A stretch of DNA of 64,000 nt from an uncultured Verrucomicrobiae bacterium (GTDB lineage: Bacteria; Verrucomicrobiota; Verrucomicrobiia; Limisphaerales; Palsa-1400), in NCBI GenBank assembly GCA_963702845.1, contig OY969763.1:5056001-5120000 (forward strand). The letters run 5' to 3'. Made by a program: the position numbers and the translations under genes. The number at the start of each line of letters is the position of its first letter. The first letter of the stretch is position 1. The notes below the pieces were generated by a model that saw only the letters and a list, made by a program, of their open reading frames with translations, made no database searches and was not told the DNA's origin. Positions 60,544-64,000 of this stretch are shown here, piece after piece.

Positions 60544-61322
60544 ACGACAACGACGTCATCATCCAAGTGAAAAACCTGCGCGTCGGGTATGACCACTGCT
60601 TGATCCTCGAGAACATAAACTTCGATGTCCGACGCGGTGAAGTGCTGGTGATCCTTGGACGCTCAGGCAGCGGAAAAACCACGCTGCTCAAAAACATGAT
60701 CGGTCTCAATGAACCGCTTGATGGCGAGATTTGGATGTTAGGAAAAAACCTCCTCAAAACGAAGGGACGCGAGCGTCAAAGCCTGCTCCGAAAATTCGGT
60801 GTGCTCTATCAAAGCGGTGCGTTATTTGGATCGATGACGGTGTTGGAAAACGTCCGCTTGCCTCTGGACGAACTCACCGATTTGCCTTTTGAAGCGTGCA
60901 ATCTGATTGCGCTCGGCAAACTGCGCCTCGTGGGTTTGGCCAATACTCCCGGTGTAATGCCTTCAGCCTTGAGCGGCGGAATGCAAAAACGCGCCGCCAT
61001 CGCTCGTGCGATGGCACTGGATCCCGAAATTCTTTTTCTCGACGAACCCTCAGTCGGCTTGGATCCAGTCACTTCAGCCAGTCTCGATCAATTGATTCTA
61101 AATCTCGTGAAGTCATTTGGCATCACCTTCGTGATCGTCACCCACGAAATGGCAAGTGTTCTGGACATCGCCACACGCGTGATCATGGTCGACGATCATG
61201 CCCGCACCATCATCGCCGAAGGGACAGCCGCCGACCTGCGCGACAAATCAACCGATCCACGCGTGCGCCAATTCTTCCAACGGGAAGCCGAAGAAGAGGT
61301 TTATCAAATTCGACGCGCATGA
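60540..61322 (+). CDS. mlaF: MlaF family ABC ATPase
   Basis: GRSGSGKT, QSGALFGSMT, LSGGMQKRAAIARA, LFLDEP. Confidence 0.92.
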   Translation: MNDNDVIIQVKNLRVGYDHCLILENINFDVRRGEVLVILGRSGSGKTTLLKNMIGLNEPLDGEIWMLGKNLLKTKGRERQSLLRKFGVLYQSGALFGSMTVLENVRLPLDELTDLPFEACNLIALGKLRLVGLANTPGVMPSALSGGMQKRAAIARAMALDPEILFLDEPSVGLDPVTSASLDQLILNLVKSFGITFVIVTHEMASVLDIATRVIMVDDHARTIIAEGTAADLRDKSTDPRVRQFFQREAEEEVYQIRRA

Positions 61323-62305
61323 CCACTAAACCAAATGATTTCAAGATTGGTTTGTTCGTATTGGTCGGAGTCGGCCTCGGGCTTGCCGCAGTGTTCATCT
61401 TTGGTGCGTCAAAATGGTTTGAAGGAAAAACTGTCGAAGAAACGTACGTTGCCGGGAACGTCGATGGTTTGAAGGTTGGCTCGGCTGTTACGCTGCGCGG
61501 CGTACCCGTCGGCGAAGTCTCACGGATCAACTTCACCTGGAACATTTACCGCCGGGTTGAACCGCGCTACGTCTACGTCGAATTCACCATCAACAATAAC
61601 ATTCCGCTAACCATGGAGGGTCTGGATATCCAGCAGCGATTGCAAAAAGAAGTTGAAAGCGGTCTGCGCGCGCGCATCAAATCCCAGGGACTGGCAGGGA
61701 TCAGCGCAATCGTTTCGCTCGAATACGTCGATCCGAAACAATACCCGCCGCTTCAGGTTCCATGGCAACCACACCACGCCTACATCCCGTCCGCCCCAGG
61801 CCAATTGACCGAGATCATCGCCAGTGTGGACAAAGTGATCGCCAACCTCAAAGAAGTCGACTTCCCCAAAATCAGCGCGCTCGTTCAGGACGATCTCATC
61901 GCCGGCAAACGCGTGTTGACTGACGTTGATAAAATCAACCTTCGTCAAATAGGCACCAACGCCGATCTGCTCGTCTCCGACTTACGCGACGTCGCCAAAC
62001 ATTTGAAAACGTTCGTCGGCACCACCAACGCCGCCTCGCAAGCAAACCTGCAAACGATCGCCAACGATGCGGATGCGTTACTTGGCCGGATGCAACAAGC
62101 CCTCGGCCGCATCGACCAAACGATTGGCCGGACGGACCAGGCGATTGGCAACGTCGATATCAACGTTCTCAACGAAACTTTGGAAAACCTCCGCCGCGCT
62201 TCCCGCGAGTTGAAGGAAACGATCAACAACATCAAAGAATATCCAGCCGGCGCGATCTTCGGGAAGCCACCGGAACCAGCGCGAAGTGTAGAAAGGCCAA
62301 GATGA
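61319..62305 (+). CDS. mlaD: MlaD/MCE family protein
   Basis: FKIGLFV anchor, VDGLKVGSAV.LRGV.VG.V MCE motif, helical C-terminus. Confidence 0.9.
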   Translation: MTTKPNDFKIGLFVLVGVGLGLAAVFIFGASKWFEGKTVEETYVAGNVDGLKVGSAVTLRGVPVGEVSRINFTWNIYRRVEPRYVYVEFTINNNIPLTMEGLDIQQRLQKEVESGLRARIKSQGLAGISAIVSLEYVDPKQYPPLQVPWQPHHAYIPSAPGQLTEIIASVDKVIANLKEVDFPKISALVQDDLIAGKRVLTDVDKINLRQIGTNADLLVSDLRDVAKHLKTFVGTTNAASQANLQTIANDADALLGRMQQALGRIDQTIGRTDQAIGNVDINVLNETLENLRRASRELKETINNIKEYPAGAIFGKPPEPARSVERPR

Positions 62306-63010
62306 AGTTCATAACGGAAAAGATCCGAATTCCAAAGCTACGGTCATCAGCACAAAGTTTGGACCTTCGATGTTGGAGTTTCTCTGGAGCTTGGATTTTG
62401 GTGCTTGGAGCTTTTCTCTTAACCGGTTGTCTATCCCGCAAACCGCTCGACAAGGAAACGTTTGCATTCACCGCTCCTCAACCTGCGCAGGTCGGCGGCG
62501 CCGCCAATGCTCCCGTCCTCACCTTACGCGAGGTATCGGTGGCGGCGCCATTCGACTCAGCCTCTCTCACGTATCGGACCTGACGCGTTCTCCTACGAAC
62601 GAGACCCCTATGCCGGCTTTCTTGTTTCTCCCGCCGAAAGTCTCAAAGGTCCAATCCGCGCCTTGCTGCAAAACACTGCAAGGTTTTCCGCTGTTACCGA
62701 CGTGGACAGTTCTTTGCGAGGAACTCTCGATCTCGAAATTTCGGTGACGCAGATGTATGGCGATTTTCGGAATAAATCCCAACCTACTGCTGTGCTCGAG
62801 ATGCACTTTGTTCTATTTCAGCCGACGCAACGGTTCGGTCGCGGCGAAAAACTTGGATCAGGGTTAGTGTTTCAGAAGACTTATGCTCAACGCATTCCGC
62901 TAAAAGAGCGTACTGCAAATGCAGTGGTCGAGGGCCTCAATGAAGCCCTCGGCCACATCGTGAGTCGATTTGCATCAGACACGAGCAACACGCCCGCGCT
63001 GCGCGATTAG
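62302..63010 (+). CDS. ABC transport auxiliary lipoprotein (PqiC-like); apparent frameshift at ~62575
   Basis: LLTGC lipobox, V.V...FD..SL.YR, then YERDPY..F..SPAE in the next frame; fourth gene of the MCE operon. Confidence 0.75.
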
Positions 63011-63078
63011 ACGCGGCTCGCTAGAGTTAAAATCCGTATTTCATCTCGGTCTCATCCGTGACTAAACTCCAGCGAACA

Positions 63079-64000
63079 ATGACCAGTACGACAATATTAG
63101 CCTATGCCGGTGCCGCATTGGCCGTGCTCTTGGCCGCGTTGGTTGCGCGTGGGCCACGCCGCTCCATTGCGCATTGGTGTTTCGCTCTCGGCATGGCGGT
63201 GCTCGCGGTGGAAAATCTTTTCATCGCATTCAGCTTCGAGTCGTTCGACATCAGTGAAATTGCACTGTGGCAATATTGCCGGTTAATGACGCTGGCATTT
63301 TCACCAGTCCTTTGGCTGGTCTTTAGTCTCAGCTACGCGCGTGGCAATGCACGTGAGTATCTATCGCGTTGGAAGCCCGTCTGTATCGCATTTGCCATTG
63401 TGCCGCTTGGCGCAGCCTTGTGGATCGGCTTTCGCCACCAGGCGCTTATCATCGCTCCACAGATCAGAGTTCAGGAATGGATTCTTCGGCTCAATATCGC
63501 GGGCGTCGTTCTTTATATCGCAGTGCTGCTCACGACGATCCTCTCGCTCATCAACCTGGAACGCACATTCCGCGACTCGGTCGGCACGATGCGGTGGCGC
63601 ATTAAATACATGGTGCTCGGAGTGGGTCTGTTTCTTGGCACGCGCGCCTACACCACAAGCCAGGTCCTCCTGTTCCGCTCTGTCGATCCGCAACTGCTGC
63701 AGATCGAAACAGCCGCACTCCTGCTCGGCTGTATCGTGATTACCCGTTCATTGTTCCGCCCTGGCCATTTCGACCAGAACGTTTATCCATCCAAAAACGT
63801 GCTGAACAACTCGCTGACCGTATTGATCACCGGAATTTACCTGCTGATCGTCGGTGTATTGGCGAAGGTTATTGTCTACCTCGGCAGCAGTTCTGCCGGG
63901 TTCACCGAGAAAGCGCTCGCAGTTCTGATTATGCTTGTCGGCATCACCGTGTTGCTGACGTCAGAGCGCGTTCGCCTCTCCACGCGTCGTTTCTTCAGCA
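63079..64000 (+). CDS. prsK: PEP-CTERM system sensor histidine kinase (PrsK-like), N-terminal membrane part; runs off the window and is absent from the ORF track
   Basis: Manual translation MTSTTILAYAG...WLVFSLSYARGN...NLERTFRDSVGTMRWRIKYMVLG; multi-TM; kinase core not visible. Confidence 0.7.
   Translation, partial: MTSTTILAYAGAALAVLLAALVARGPRRSIAHWCFALGMAVLAVENLFIAFSFESFDISEIALWQYCRLMTLAFSPVLWLVFSLSYARGNAREYLSRWKPVCIAFAIVPLGAALWIGFRHQALIIAPQIRVQEWILRLNIAGVVLYIAVLLTTILSLINLERTFRDSVGTMRWRIKYMVLGVGLFLGTRAYTTSQVLLFRSVDPQLLQIETAALLLGCIVITRSLFRPGHFDQNVYPSKNVLNNSLTVLITGIYLLIVGVLAKVIVYLGSSSAGFTEKALAVLIMLVGITVLLTSERVRLSTRRFFS

Overview
A 64 kb bacterial chromosomal segment, most likely from Verrucomicrobiota subdivision 3 (Pedosphaera/Limisphaerales-like). 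This is inferred from a TIGR04138-like gene, a TIGR02597-like domain, PrsR/PrsK-like regulators and the style of the exported proteins. Family names are recognised from motifs and memory; no search was run. Housekeeping genes: proS, dtd, lhgO, purB, ppiD-like, ispH, dgt, argA, nusB, ftsY, ribD, ribE and an mlaE-mlaF-mlaD-pqiC-like operon. Accessory content: (1) two TMTC-like GT-C glycosyltransferase-TPR paralogs flanking a ~1620 aa exported GH25 muramidase with beta-helix, Ig and TIGR02597-like domains; (2) a cluster of exported enzymes and two FG-GAP propeller proteins; (3) a tightly coupled nine-gene operon of ECF sigma, anti-sigma, a short GspE/PilB ATPase, two GspF/PilC platform proteins, three atypical prepilins and a DUF4190-like protein, with no secretin or canonical major pilin; (4) a soluble poly-HAMP hybrid kinase linked to its response regulator by an unannotated 21-bp-repeat ORF. 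Exported proteins are strongly enriched in Thr-Asn dipeptides. Intergenic DNA carries many 7-, 8-, 9- and 10-bp periodic arrays and REP-like palindromes. Several isolated indels split genes and look like sequencing errors. No rRNA, tRNA, CRISPR array, transposase or prophage was recognised.
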